Positions 28,098 to 37,007 of a stretch of DNA of 64,000 bases are shown in pieces. The position numbers and the translations under genes were made by a program. The stretch's first letter is position 1, and each line of letters starts with the position of its first letter. Source of the DNA: Bacteroidia bacterium (lineage in GTDB: Bacteria; Bacteroidota; Bacteroidia; NS11-12g; UBA9320); assembly GCA_965216465.1 (NCBI GenBank), contig CBDCFW010000006.1, forward strand, positions 576,001 to 640,000, given 5' to 3'. The notes under the pieces were generated by a model. It ran no database searches. It saw only the letters and a program-made list of their open reading frames with translations, and was not told where the DNA came from.

Positions 28098-30245
28098 TTA
28101 TTTAGTTGCTTCCTCCTTATTATTAATATCTCGTCCTAATTTATGCAGATAAGCTATCAAAGCAATAATTTCTTTGTTCTTATCTACCTGGATTCCTTTC
28201 TCGTTTGATAAGAAATCAGCAATTTTTTGTGCTTGCTTATCAAGATCTTGCTGAGCGATTTGCTCGTAACCTTCAGGATAAGGTACTCCGAGTTTACGCA
28301 TCGCAGAAATCTTTCCTGCCAAATCTGAATAATCGCCATCTTCATCAATTAACCAAGGATAAGCTGGCATAATTGAACCATCTGAAGTTGATCGAGGATC
28401 TTTCATATGGCGATAATGCCAATCTGCAGTCTTGTAAACTTTAGAAGAGGTATTACCTGTTCTTGCCAAATCCGGACCGGTACGCTTACTACCCCATAAG
28501 AATGGATGGTCGTAAACATTCTCTCCAGATTTTGAATATTCACCATAACGAACAGTTTCAGATCTAAATGGTCTTACCTGTTGAGAGTGACAGTTGTTAC
28601 ATCCTTCTCTGATGTAAATATCACGTCCTTCTAACTCAAGTGGAGTATAAGGCTGAACATTCGGAATGGTCTGAACATTCGACTCAACTAAGAACGAAGG
28701 AACAAACTCTACTATAGTTCCAATACCAACAGCAAATAATGAGAAAACGAGCAGTTGAACTGGACGTTTTTCAATCCATCTGTGCCAGTAAGCATGTTCT
28801 ACCTTGCCCGGCTCGTCTTTAACCAATGGGTAAGCTTCTGCTGGCTCATCAGCAACAAGACTACCTTGGCCAATTGTTTTAGCTAAGTTCCAAACCATAA
28901 TAATGGCTCCAGATAAGTAAAGTAAACCACCAAAAGCTCTAATCATGTGCATTGGAAGAATCTCTAAAGTTGTATCTAAGAAGTTACCATATTTCAAGTA
29001 TCCGTCAGCAGTAAATTGGTTCCACATTTGACCTTGAGTAAATCCAGCAAAGTACATAGGAATTGCATAGAACAAGATTCCTAAAGTAGCGATCCAGAAG
29101 TGAGATGAAATCGCCTTCTTCGAGTAGATCTTAGTATTGTAGATTTTAGGGATGATGTAGTAAAGGATAGCAAAAGTTAGCAATCCATTCCATCCTAATG
29201 CTCCAACGTGAACGTGGGCTACAATCCAGTCTGTAAAGTGGGCAATGGCATTTACATTTTTAAGTGAAAGCATAGGTCCTTCAAAGGTTGCCATACCGTA
29301 AGCAGTAATACCAACAACCATAAATTTAAGAACCGCATCATCACGTACTTTATCCCATGCACCTCTTAAGGTCAACAGACCGTTTAACATACCTCCCCAT
29401 GATGGAGCGATAAGCATAATACTAAAGATTACACCTAATGTTTGTGCCCAACCTGGTAATGAAGTATACAACAAATGGTGAGGACCAGCCCAGATATACA
29501 AGAATATCAATGACCAGAAGTGAAGAATAGACAACTTGTAGGAGTAAATTGGTCTATTCGCCATCTTAGGCATGAAGTAGTACATCAATCCCAGGAATGG
29601 TGTTGTAAGGAAGAATGCTACTGCATTGTGACCATACCACCATTGCACCAAGGCATCTTGCACCCCTGCATACCAAGAGTAAGACTTAAGGAAGGTTACT
29701 GGCATCTCAAAGCTATTTACGATGTGTAATAGTGCTACCGTAACAAACGTTGCGATGTAGAACCAAATAGCCACATAAAGATGCTTTTCTCTTCTTTTGA
29801 TAATGGTACCTAACATATTCCAACCAAACACTACCCATATAACTGCAATGGCAATATCAATTGGCCATTCAAGCTCGGCATACTCCTTTGAAGTAGTAAT
29901 ACCAAATGGAAGGGTAAGTGCGGCTGCAACAATGATCAGTTGCCACCCCCAAAAGTGAATTTTACTTAAGGTGTCGCTAAACATTCTCGTTTTCAACAAA
30001 CGTTGCAATGAATAGTAAACACCCATAAACACAGCGTTACCCACAAAGGCAAAAATGATTGCGTTGGTGTGCAGTGGTCTCAAACGACCAAAGGTGATGT
30101 ACCGTGTGTTAAAATTAAAATAGGGGTCAAACAATTGCGTTGCAATTATTACCCCAACTAGCATACCAACCAGGCCCCAGACCATGGTGGCGATTGCAAA
30201 ATTTTTGACAATCCGATTGTCGTAATTAAAGGTCTCTTTTTGCAT
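28098..30245 (-). CDS. ccoN: cbb3-type cytochrome c oxidase fused subunits I/II (CcoN-CcoO)
   Basis: GRLRPLHTN, QWWYGHNAV, WAGPHHL, AHVHVGALGW; then CcoO GRDIYIREGCNNCHSQ, WGSKRTGPDL, SIMPAY. Confidence 0.98.
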   Translation of the reverse strand: MQKETFNYDNRIVKNFAIATMVWGLVGMLVGVIIATQLFDPYFNFNTRYITFGRLRPLHTNAIIFAFVGNAVFMGVYYSLQRLLKTRMFSDTLSKIHFWGWQLIIVAAALTLPFGITTSKEYAELEWPIDIAIAVIWVVFGWNMLGTIIKRREKHLYVAIWFYIATFVTVALLHIVNSFEMPVTFLKSYSWYAGVQDALVQWWYGHNAVAFFLTTPFLGLMYYFMPKMANRPIYSYKLSILHFWSLIFLYIWAGPHHLLYTSLPGWAQTLGVIFSIMLIAPSWGGMLNGLLTLRGAWDKVRDDAVLKFMVVGITAYGMATFEGPMLSLKNVNAIAHFTDWIVAHVHVGALGWNGLLTFAILYYIIPKIYNTKIYSKKAISSHFWIATLGILFYAIPMYFAGFTQGQMWNQFTADGYLKYGNFLDTTLEILPMHMIRAFGGLLYLSGAIIMVWNLAKTIGQGSLVADEPAEAYPLVKDEPGKVEHAYWHRWIEKRPVQLLVFSLFAVGIGTIVEFVPSFLVESNVQTIPNVQPYTPLELEGRDIYIREGCNNCHSQQVRPFRSETVRYGEYSKSGENVYDHPFLWGSKRTGPDLARTGNTSSKVYKTADWHYRHMKDPRSTSDGSIMPAYPWLIDEDGDYSDLAGKISAMRKLGVPYPEGYEQIAQQDLDKQAQKIADFLSNEKGIQVDKNKEIIALIAYLHKLGRDINNKEEATK

Positions 30246-30246
30246 A

Positions 30247-30408
30247 TTAGTTTTGATTTAATTGATTTGAATTTTTTTTATCTAGTACCCTCATTGAAGG
30301 TGATTCTAAGTCGTCGAATTGGCCTTTCTTCACGGCCAGATAGAAAGCATATAAAAAGCCGATGGCTAGCATCAAACTTACAGATATGAGTATGGCTATT
30401 ACTTTCAT
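30247..30408 (-). CDS. ccoS: cbb3 oxidase assembly protein CcoS (53 aa, absent from ORF track)
   Basis: Manual translation MKVIAILISVSLMLAIGFLYAFYLAVKKGQFDDLESPSMRVLDKKNSNQLNQN with the GQFDD-x3-P-x2-R signature; ATG overlaps the ccoI stop. Confidence 0.92.
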   Translation of the reverse strand: MKVIAILISVSLMLAIGFLYAFYLAVKKGQFDDLESPSMRVLDKKNSNQLNQN

Positions 30409-32750
30409 ATTAGATTTAATTTTTTAGCTTTTCTTCTTATTAATAGGGTATCCAATAGCACAACCGAAACTGAGCTAATTGGCATTAAAATCGCAGCAAT
30501 TATTGGCGTTAACAGTCCCATTACAGCAAATGCAACTCCAGTGATATTATACATCAAAGAGAACACTAAACTGATTTGCAACACTATTTTTGAGTAGCGT
30601 GTTAAATCCATGAAACTTGGTAGACTGGTAAAGCTTTCTGAAAGAATTACGGCATCTGCACCTGGATAAAATCCATTTAGATTGTCAGTAACTGCAATAC
30701 CAATATCCCCTTCTTGTATTGCTGAACTGTCGTTAAGTCCATCGCCAATCATCATAACAGGTTGATCCGAACTGATAGCTTTAATTTCTTTTGCTTTTTG
30801 ATTCGGTTTCAATCCAAAAATCATGCGTTCAAATCCACTAAACATGGCTTGCAATCTGCCTTTTTCAGAAGCGTTGTCTCCGCTCAGAACAGATATTGAA
30901 TATTTTTGACCCAGCTGTTCTAGAACTCGTGCCAAGCCTGAACGATATGCTGCAGTTATCAAATAGTGCCCAATTACCTCATCGTTGATTGAAATGTAAA
31001 CAGCAGAACCCTTCTGCGATTTTTCAAAGTTGCTTACCCATTCTGATGAGCCAATTTTAATGAAATATTTTCCGGCAAATCCAGATATTCCCTTTCCGGT
31101 TTCTTCCTCAAAATCATCAATTTCAATGGTTTTCTCATTAGCTAAGTGTTTAGCAAGAATCTGGCTCAACGGATGTGAACTTTGCGAAGCAAGAGATGCT
31201 ATGGCTTGTTTGAAGTATTCTGATAGTTCATTTCCGTTGTAGGTAATGTTCAATGCCTCTTTTTCAGTCAAGGTTCCTGTTTTGTCAAAAACAATATGCT
31301 GAATTCTATTTAAAGTAGAAACAGCATTCGACGATTTCAAGAAGAAGTTATTGCTTGAAAAAACACGTAAAATATTTCCGTAAGTAAATGGAGCACTCAA
31401 TGCAAGTGCACATGGGCACGCCACAATAAGCACAGAGCTGAATACAAATGCAGCTGTACTTGGATCTATAAATAACCAGTAAAGCCCTGAAATAAGGGCT
31501 ATTGAGATTACGCTAATTGTAAAGTACTTACTGATATGGTCCGTCCAATGGGTTTCAAATTCTTTCTGTTCAGATTTAGAATTCCAAGTTTCCCAAAGTT
31601 TGTCGATACTTGGTTTTTCATTGAGTTTAATCACCAAATCTCCTAGCTGCTGACATCCTCCAGCAAAAACCTTTTGGCCTTTGCTTGCCTTTTCTGGTAT
31701 CGTTTCGCCAGTGATAAAAGCATAGTCGATTAAACCCTTGCCTCGAACGAGACTGCCATTAACTGGAATAATTTCTCCGTGTTTAACTAAAACTTGATCA
31801 CCTGCATTTAGGCTATCTATACGTTGCCAGTTGATTTCATTTTCACCATTTACTTGACGAACAACAAGTGGAATGAAGTCTTGAATATTTCTGTGATAGG
31901 AAACCTGGTCGTACACTTTGTGTTGAAACCACTTTCCAATCAAAAGGAAAAAGATGAGTCCTGCTAACGAATCAAGATAGCCAACGCCAACTCCGCTAAA
32001 AATTTCATACAAACTCCAACCGAATAAACTTAATATTCCAATACTGATTGGAATATTCAAGTGTGATTTACCTGCGGCCAATGCTCGATAAGCTGAAGTA
32101 AGGTAATCTTTCCCAGAATAAAGAAGAACCGGTAAACTCAAAACGATAGAAAGTCCACTAAATAAAGTAGAGAAGAACTGATCTTCGGCCACGTGCAAGC
32201 CAAAGTAATGTGGCATGCTAAATAGCATAATGTTCCCAAAACAGAATCCAGCGACAGCTAGTTTTAGCAAATTAGACTTTGAGGTTTTCTTGTCGAGTTC
32301 TTTTGCCTTTTGGCTGATGCTAATTTGTGGTGGATAGCCAATATCGTCAAGTAACTGAGCTACAAACGAAAGCGGCGTGCTTTTTTGCGCGGTAACTGTA
32401 CATCTTCGTTGTTCAAAATTTACACGAGCTGAAAGAATACCCTCTTGAAATGAAGGAAGGTCTTCTAGAAGTTCTATACACGAAGAACAGTGAATTGCTG
32501 GCAATGAGATACTGATTCTATAAACATCACTATTCTCATAATCAACAAGTTGGCTAAAATTTTCTTCAAGGTCAAACTGCTTATACTTTAGGCTTACATC
32601 TGTTGTTCGATTCTGAATCTTAGCAACAACATCATCTAAGGTTGCACACCCATAGCAGCAATACACCTGATTGTTAATCTTAATCAGATCATTGTCGCAT
32701 TCCGTTCCACAATAGGAGCAAGATAAATCTATGGATGCGTGGTTTGTCAA
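30405..32750 (-). CDS. ccoI: Copper-translocating P1B-type ATPase CcoI
   Basis: CSYC...CCYGC, HCSSC HMA motif, TGET, ACPCAL, FDKTGT, SHPLS, GDGLND. Confidence 0.93.
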   Translation of the reverse strand: MTNHASIDLSCSYCGTECDNDLIKINNQVYCCYGCATLDDVVAKIQNRTTDVSLKYKQFDLEENFSQLVDYENSDVYRISISLPAIHCSSCIELLEDLPSFQEGILSARVNFEQRRCTVTAQKSTPLSFVAQLLDDIGYPPQISISQKAKELDKKTSKSNLLKLAVAGFCFGNIMLFSMPHYFGLHVAEDQFFSTLFSGLSIVLSLPVLLYSGKDYLTSAYRALAAGKSHLNIPISIGILSLFGWSLYEIFSGVGVGYLDSLAGLIFFLLIGKWFQHKVYDQVSYHRNIQDFIPLVVRQVNGENEINWQRIDSLNAGDQVLVKHGEIIPVNGSLVRGKGLIDYAFITGETIPEKASKGQKVFAGGCQQLGDLVIKLNEKPSIDKLWETWNSKSEQKEFETHWTDHISKYFTISVISIALISGLYWLFIDPSTAAFVFSSVLIVACPCALALSAPFTYGNILRVFSSNNFFLKSSNAVSTLNRIQHIVFDKTGTLTEKEALNITYNGNELSEYFKQAIASLASQSSHPLSQILAKHLANEKTIEIDDFEEETGKGISGFAGKYFIKIGSSEWVSNFEKSQKGSAVYISINDEVIGHYLITAAYRSGLARVLEQLGQKYSISVLSGDNASEKGRLQAMFSGFERMIFGLKPNQKAKEIKAISSDQPVMMIGDGLNDSSAIQEGDIGIAVTDNLNGFYPGADAVILSESFTSLPSFMDLTRYSKIVLQISLVFSLMYNITGVAFAVMGLLTPIIAAILMPISSVSVVLLDTLLIRRKAKKLNLI

Positions 32751-32767
32751 AAGTTTAAATTAAAGTT

Positions 32768-32833
32768 CAAATTTCTTGGTGTTTGGGGCTATTCATTTTG
32801 AGCAATATCAGGACTACCTATGATATTTAACCT
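32768..32833 (-). promoter_or_regulatory. Putative activator-dependent promoter of the cco operon with two CRP/FNR-like boxes
   Basis: -7 variant GAAATTTG (32775-32768), 22-nt gap, boxes (+ strand) TTGAGCAATATCAG at 32798 and ATGATATTTAACCT at 32820. Confidence 0.6.
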
Positions 32834-33621
32834 TTTGCAGGAATCACCAGTAAAGGTTGCTTGCATTTACCACAAATTGTGCGGGTTATGCTTCGATTAA
32901 ACAGATAATCGAGACGCGAATTATGTGAGTGGTATAAACCGAGAATATCGATCTCATTTTCATTTAAAAAATCGTTAATTCCATCAACTACTGAATCATT
33001 TTCTCGCAGCTCAACACCAAATTGATATCCCTTCAATGGAATGCTTTTCGGAAAGCCTCCTTCATGATTTTTTCGGATAATCGTCAAAACATCAATATGT
33101 GGATTAGACAATTTTAGGCTGTCGATAAACTGCTCTACAAAGTCTTGATTTTCAAGCACTTTTTTGTCAGTAGCTAGCACAAATCGATGAATGGGTCGGT
33201 CAACTTTGAGTTCAGGAATTGCCAAAATTGGAACCTTTGAAGTTCGAATAAGCGATTCGGTTACTGAGCCCATAATCTTTGACGAGACGTTGGTTGCTCC
33301 TTTCGTTCCCATAACAATAAGATCTATATCCATGCTTTCTGCATAGTTCTCGACCCAATTTTTGAGATGACCATATTTCAGTAAGTAATCCAACCGATTT
33401 CCATAAACTTCTTCAATCTTGTCGACCAATTGGAGCATCTCCTTTTGGGCGTCTTTCATCATTAATTGATCAAGACGAATGAGCACACCTGAAGTACTAT
33501 GTGGCTCTTTTATGGTGTGTATTAACTTGATATTCAACTTGCTTACATCAAAATGCTTGTGCACATAATTGATAGCATGTTTAGAATATTCAGAAAAATC
33601 GGTTGGAATTAATATGTTCAT
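32827..33621 (-). CDS. Universal stress protein (tandem USP domains)
   Basis: NILIPTDFSEYS, DLIVMGTKG, MGSVT, PILAIP, PLLVIP. Confidence 0.92.
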   Translation of the reverse strand: MNILIPTDFSEYSKHAINYVHKHFDVSKLNIKLIHTIKEPHSTSGVLIRLDQLMMKDAQKEMLQLVDKIEEVYGNRLDYLLKYGHLKNWVENYAESMDIDLIVMGTKGATNVSSKIMGSVTESLIRTSKVPILAIPELKVDRPIHRFVLATDKKVLENQDFVEQFIDSLKLSNPHIDVLTIIRKNHEGGFPKSIPLKGYQFGVELRENDSVVDGINDFLNENEIDILGLYHSHNSRLDYLFNRSITRTICGKCKQPLLVIPAKG

Positions 33622-33624
33622 ATA

Positions 33625-33993
33625 CTAGTGTCTTTTCAGGCTCTCCTCAGACATTTTCATTTGTTCTTTTAACGAATAGTGATCTGTTCGGGTTGTCTCT
33701 ATCCAGATATGACCCATTTTTCGAAACACCTGAACATGCAAGCCCAGTTGATCTTCAAATGCAGATTCCAATTCTGAAACTTTCATGCCCGGAGTTATAT
33801 GAAGTTCGTCGTTATGAATATCGGGATTTAACTTGGATAAAACAATTTCATCCATTACCATATCCTTTTTGGGAGACCCTTCGTTCTCTTCATGAGCTTT
33901 ATAAAAAAACTCAAGTTTGAGTCCTTTGTATTTGGTCGCAAATGCGGCCTTTACATCCGTTGTTGTATTCTCTTTTAATACTTTTAAGTCCAT
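33625..33993 (-). CDS. Hypothetical protein
   Basis: 122 aa, tightly packed in the operon; LKLEFF, MKVSELE..F...GLHVQVFRK.G..WIETT.TD. Confidence 0.75.
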   Translation of the reverse strand: MDLKVLKENTTTDVKAAFATKYKGLKLEFFYKAHEENEGSPKKDMVMDEIVLSKLNPDIHNDELHITPGMKVSELESAFEDQLGLHVQVFRKMGHIWIETTRTDHYSLKEQMKMSEESLKRH

Positions 33994-34004
33994 GATTATT
34001 GGGT

Positions 34005-34385
34005 TTATAATACTTCACTGAGGTAGGTAGTAAACTCCTGCTTCAGCTCCGCATAAATTTTATCAAACATTTTCATTCTATCAACTAAGGCTGGATTCTC
34101 ATCTGCCTTACGATGGTCTGTTGCCACATTATTTTCTTTGGCATTCACAACAATTTTATGCTCCTCAGCATTCACATCGTGGCGAAGTTCATCGATTACT
34201 TCATTGTGCCGGATAAACTGATTTTGGAAGTGCTCAGCCATGGCTAGAACTTCTGTTTTAGAATTTTTAGATACTACTTCTGCTAGTCTATTCTTAAATG
34301 TCTTAATCTCGTCTTTTACAAAGTCTAGATCTTTTAACCACTCTAAATGCTCTTGGTGTAACTCGCTTAAATACTTCTTTTCCAT
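34005..34385 (-). CDS. Hypothetical His/Glu-rich helical-bundle protein
   Basis: 126 aa, helical; LHQEHLEW, EHFQNQF, HDVNAEEH. Confidence 0.75.
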   Translation of the reverse strand: MEKKYLSELHQEHLEWLKDLDFVKDEIKTFKNRLAEVVSKNSKTEVLAMAEHFQNQFIRHNEVIDELRHDVNAEEHKIVVNAKENNVATDHRKADENPALVDRMKMFDKIYAELKQEFTTYLSEVL

Positions 34386-34406
34386 GATTATTTTTCTTTT
34401 AGTTTT

Positions 34407-35204
34407 TTAATTAAATATTAATACCGGTATTGCTGATTTATTCAATACCTCTTTTGTCGTACTGTGGTGGAATAGATTTTCAAAGAAGGTTCTGTGATGT
34501 CTCTTTACAGCCAAAACTTCAATTTGATGCCGTTTAACATACTCTTCAATTCCATTTTCTACTTCGTCTGACCATACGCATACCTCTTTCACTCCTCCTT
34601 CATCACACACGCATTCTTCTTCATACTGGTTGTGTTCTCTGCCGGCTTCAACTGATATAATGTCAATTTTTGTTGAACCTTGTTCAGTGATATTGTATAT
34701 GAAATCTAGTTGGGTAGAAATATTCTCTTGATGATCATTTGCAAAGGCAATATGGTTGAGTCCTTTAAACTCACTTCCATTTGGCACTACTAAAACAGGC
34801 ACCGCACTTCGTTTCACAACTCCGTAGCTTACCGTACCTAATAATTCATCAATCATATTAGAAGCACCATTGGTTCCCATAATAATCATGTTTGCACCTA
34901 ATTTTTCGGCGGTGTTGCCAATTACATCAACGGCCAACCCGAAATCAGAATCAAATGTTGCTTCTAGTCCTGTGGTTTCTAGAATTGTTTCACACGCAGC
35001 TTCGAGCTTGTTTCGTGACGCTATGCGTTGTGTTTCCATCAAGGTGTCTAGCACATTTGCTGCACTGTTCACATCAATCGCAGGAACATGCATCACATGA
35101 AGTAACATGAGCTTTGCATCAATCTCTTTTGCGATACGAGCTGCATAGATATTTGCATTTAGAGCTGTTTCAGAAAAATCGGTTGGGCTAATTATTAAAC
35201 TCAT
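34407..35204 (-). CDS. Universal stress protein (tandem USP domains)
   Basis: SPTDFSETALNA, MIIMGTNG, LGTVS, VPVLVVP, IPVLIF. Confidence 0.92.
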   Translation of the reverse strand: MSLIISPTDFSETALNANIYAARIAKEIDAKLMLLHVMHVPAIDVNSAANVLDTLMETQRIASRNKLEAACETILETTGLEATFDSDFGLAVDVIGNTAEKLGANMIIMGTNGASNMIDELLGTVSYGVVKRSAVPVLVVPNGSEFKGLNHIAFANDHQENISTQLDFIYNITEQGSTKIDIISVEAGREHNQYEEECVCDEGGVKEVCVWSDEVENGIEEYVKRHQIEVLAVKRHHRTFFENLFHHSTTKEVLNKSAIPVLIFN

Positions 35205-35224
35205 GACTGATCTATTTTATACTC

Positions 35225-35312
35225 CAAAGATGAAAGAAGAACACGCTCTGATTGCTGCCGAATCTCATTGCCCAGTATGATTTGTAGCAGACGAAGAACT
35301 GATATAGATTTT
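35225..35312 (-). promoter_or_regulatory. Putative promoter of the usp operon with three CRP/FNR-like boxes
   Basis: -7 variant CATCTTTG (35232-35225), 22-nt gap, boxes (+ strand) CTGCCGAATCTCAT at 35255, ATGATTTGTAGCAG at 35277, CTGATATAGATTTT at 35299. Confidence 0.6.
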
Positions 35313-35320
35313 AGGATGCC

Positions 35321-35626
35321 CTAAAGGGTTTGTTTGAAGAGGTAGTAATTTTCTTCAAAGAATTTTTTACAATCCTCACACTCAAGTTTTTTGTAGTAGT
35401 CCCACAAAGAAATTTTGTTCAACCGTTCATTGCAATGGCCACAATTTGTTGCGTGCGTACACCATTCAAAGAAATGTGCGTCACAGGTATAAATGCTATC
35501 CTGAACAAGTGATAAAGAGTCAAAAGAGCTGGGATTAACCTGTGCACTTACTTCTTGGCTTAAAACTAAAGTCAAGCAAACTGTAATCGATTTAATCAAT
35601 GTCTTTAGTAAACTACCGAATCCCAT
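35321..35626 (-). CDS. Small exported Cys-rich protein with a heavy-metal-binding-like motif
   Basis: Signal-like N-terminus ending VSA-Q; YTCDAH-x10-CGHC and a further CEDC. Confidence 0.55.
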   Translation of the reverse strand: MGFGSLLKTLIKSITVCLTLVLSQEVSAQVNPSSFDSLSLVQDSIYTCDAHFFEWCTHATNCGHCNERLNKISLWDYYKKLECEDCKKFFEENYYLFKQTL

Positions 35627-35919
35627 GTTGCAATTCCTCTGTCGATCATGAAAAGATTGTTAAATTCCAATTCCTTGAGCAATCGAACAGCAATTTTGCT
35701 TCGTGTTCCATCCTCGCAGTAAATTAGAATGGGAATGTTCTTATTCAGTTCAGAGAAGTATTCAATGAAATTATCTGCCATAAGGTCTAGTTGAATAGCC
35801 TTTGGCAAACTTCCATTCGACCGAGAGGTTTGATTTCGAATATCGATAATTAAGCCAGTTTCATGATCGAAACTGTTCAATAATTCTTCCTCATTATGAA
35901 TAATTACAAAACTTTCCAC
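35605..35919 (-). CDS. Rhodanese-like domain protein
   Basis: IIDIR, GSLPKAI, ILIYCEDGTRS, GIATW. Start moved to in-frame GTG 35919 because TTG 35937 lies within the -7 element. Confidence 0.8.
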   Translation of the reverse strand: MESFVIIHNEEELLNSFDHETGLIIDIRNQTSRSNGSLPKAIQLDLMADNFIEYFSELNKNIPILIYCEDGTRSKIAVRLLKELEFNNLFMIDRGIATWDSVVY

Positions 35920-35934
35920 ACCAATGTATAGGTG

Positions 35935-36000
35935 CAAGTTTCAGGCTTAATTCACTCAACACGGGTGATTTAAATTATGTTCAAATATGATTTTGTTCAG
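35935..36000 (-). promoter_or_regulatory. Putative promoter of the rhodanese gene with two CRP/FNR-like boxes
   Basis: -7 variant GAAACTTG (35942-35935), 22-nt gap, boxes (+ strand) GTGATTTAAATTAT at 35965 and ATGATTTTGTTCAG at 35987. Confidence 0.6.
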
Positions 36001-37007
36001 AAAGGAGAGTTTTTCAACTTTTCGTAGTCTAGAATGACAATTTCACTCGAATTGATGGAAATTAATTTGTCGTTTTTAAACTCCGATAACATACGTATGG
36101 CCGTTTCTACGGAAGTTCCGGCCATTGAGGCAATTAGCTCTCTGGGAATCTTCATTTTCAGCTGATTCTCTTTGCCATAGGTATTGCACATTTCAATGAG
36201 TGCATTTGCAATTCGCTTGCGAACAGATTCGTAGGCCATTTCCAAGATTTTATGCTCTTTAATAAGCAAGTTTTTCGAGAGGAGTTTTAGAAACGTTGTC
36301 GCAACCTCAGAATTATCTTCTACTTGCTTCCTGAAATCGTCGATTGGTATTAGCCACATTTCAGTATCTTCAATGGTTTCGGCTGTGTCACTTTGGTTTC
36401 CAGTTTCGAGCACACTCCAATAACCGAAGAAATCACCGGTATTGCATAGTTCAAAAATGACTTCTTTGCCATCACGGTTCATTTTCTGAATTTTCACCTT
36501 ACCAGAATGGATATAATATACATAAGAAGGTGTATCTCCTTCGCGATACACAATACTCTTTGCTCCATAATTTCGAACGAGTTTGTTCTCAAACATTGAA
36601 TTGAAATCTCCTTTTTTGATGGCAGGCACCATCTGGTTCTGCGATTTCTTAAGGCGATTCTCAATAGCCGTTAGCAAGTCTGACTCGTCGTACGGTTTTG
36701 TGATATAGTCATCCGCCCCGAGTGTCATTCCCTTTCTTACATCCAGCTTATCCGTTTTAGCAGTGAGGTAAATAAATGGAATGCGCAACGTCTCATCATG
36801 GCGACTCAGAATATGAAGAACGCCATAACCATCCAGCTTAGGCATCATAATATCACAAAGAATTAAGTCGGGCAAATGTTCTAACGCCAGTTTAACTCCT
36901 TCGTTTCCATCCTCTGCTTCGATGGTCTCATAGCCAGAGAGATTTAGCAGTTCTGCTATATTCTCGCGGATGTCTTGGTTGTCTTCAATTACTAGTATTG
37001 TGCTCAC
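35997..37007 (-). CDS. Response regulator with receiver domain fused to cNMP-binding and Crp-type HTH domains
   Basis: ILVIEDN, LCDIMMP, DDYITKP; then YREGD, SGKVK, GDFFG, SVRKRIA, RELIASMAGTSVETAIRMLSEF. Confidence 0.92.
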   Translation of the reverse strand: MSTILVIEDNQDIRENIAELLNLSGYETIEAEDGNEGVKLALEHLPDLILCDIMMPKLDGYGVLHILSRHDETLRIPFIYLTAKTDKLDVRKGMTLGADDYITKPYDESDLLTAIENRLKKSQNQMVPAIKKGDFNSMFENKLVRNYGAKSIVYREGDTPSYVYYIHSGKVKIQKMNRDGKEVIFELCNTGDFFGYWSVLETGNQSDTAETIEDTEMWLIPIDDFRKQVEDNSEVATTFLKLLSKNLLIKEHKILEMAYESVRKRIANALIEMCNTYGKENQLKMKIPRELIASMAGTSVETAIRMLSEFKNDKLISINSSEIVILDYEKLKNSPF

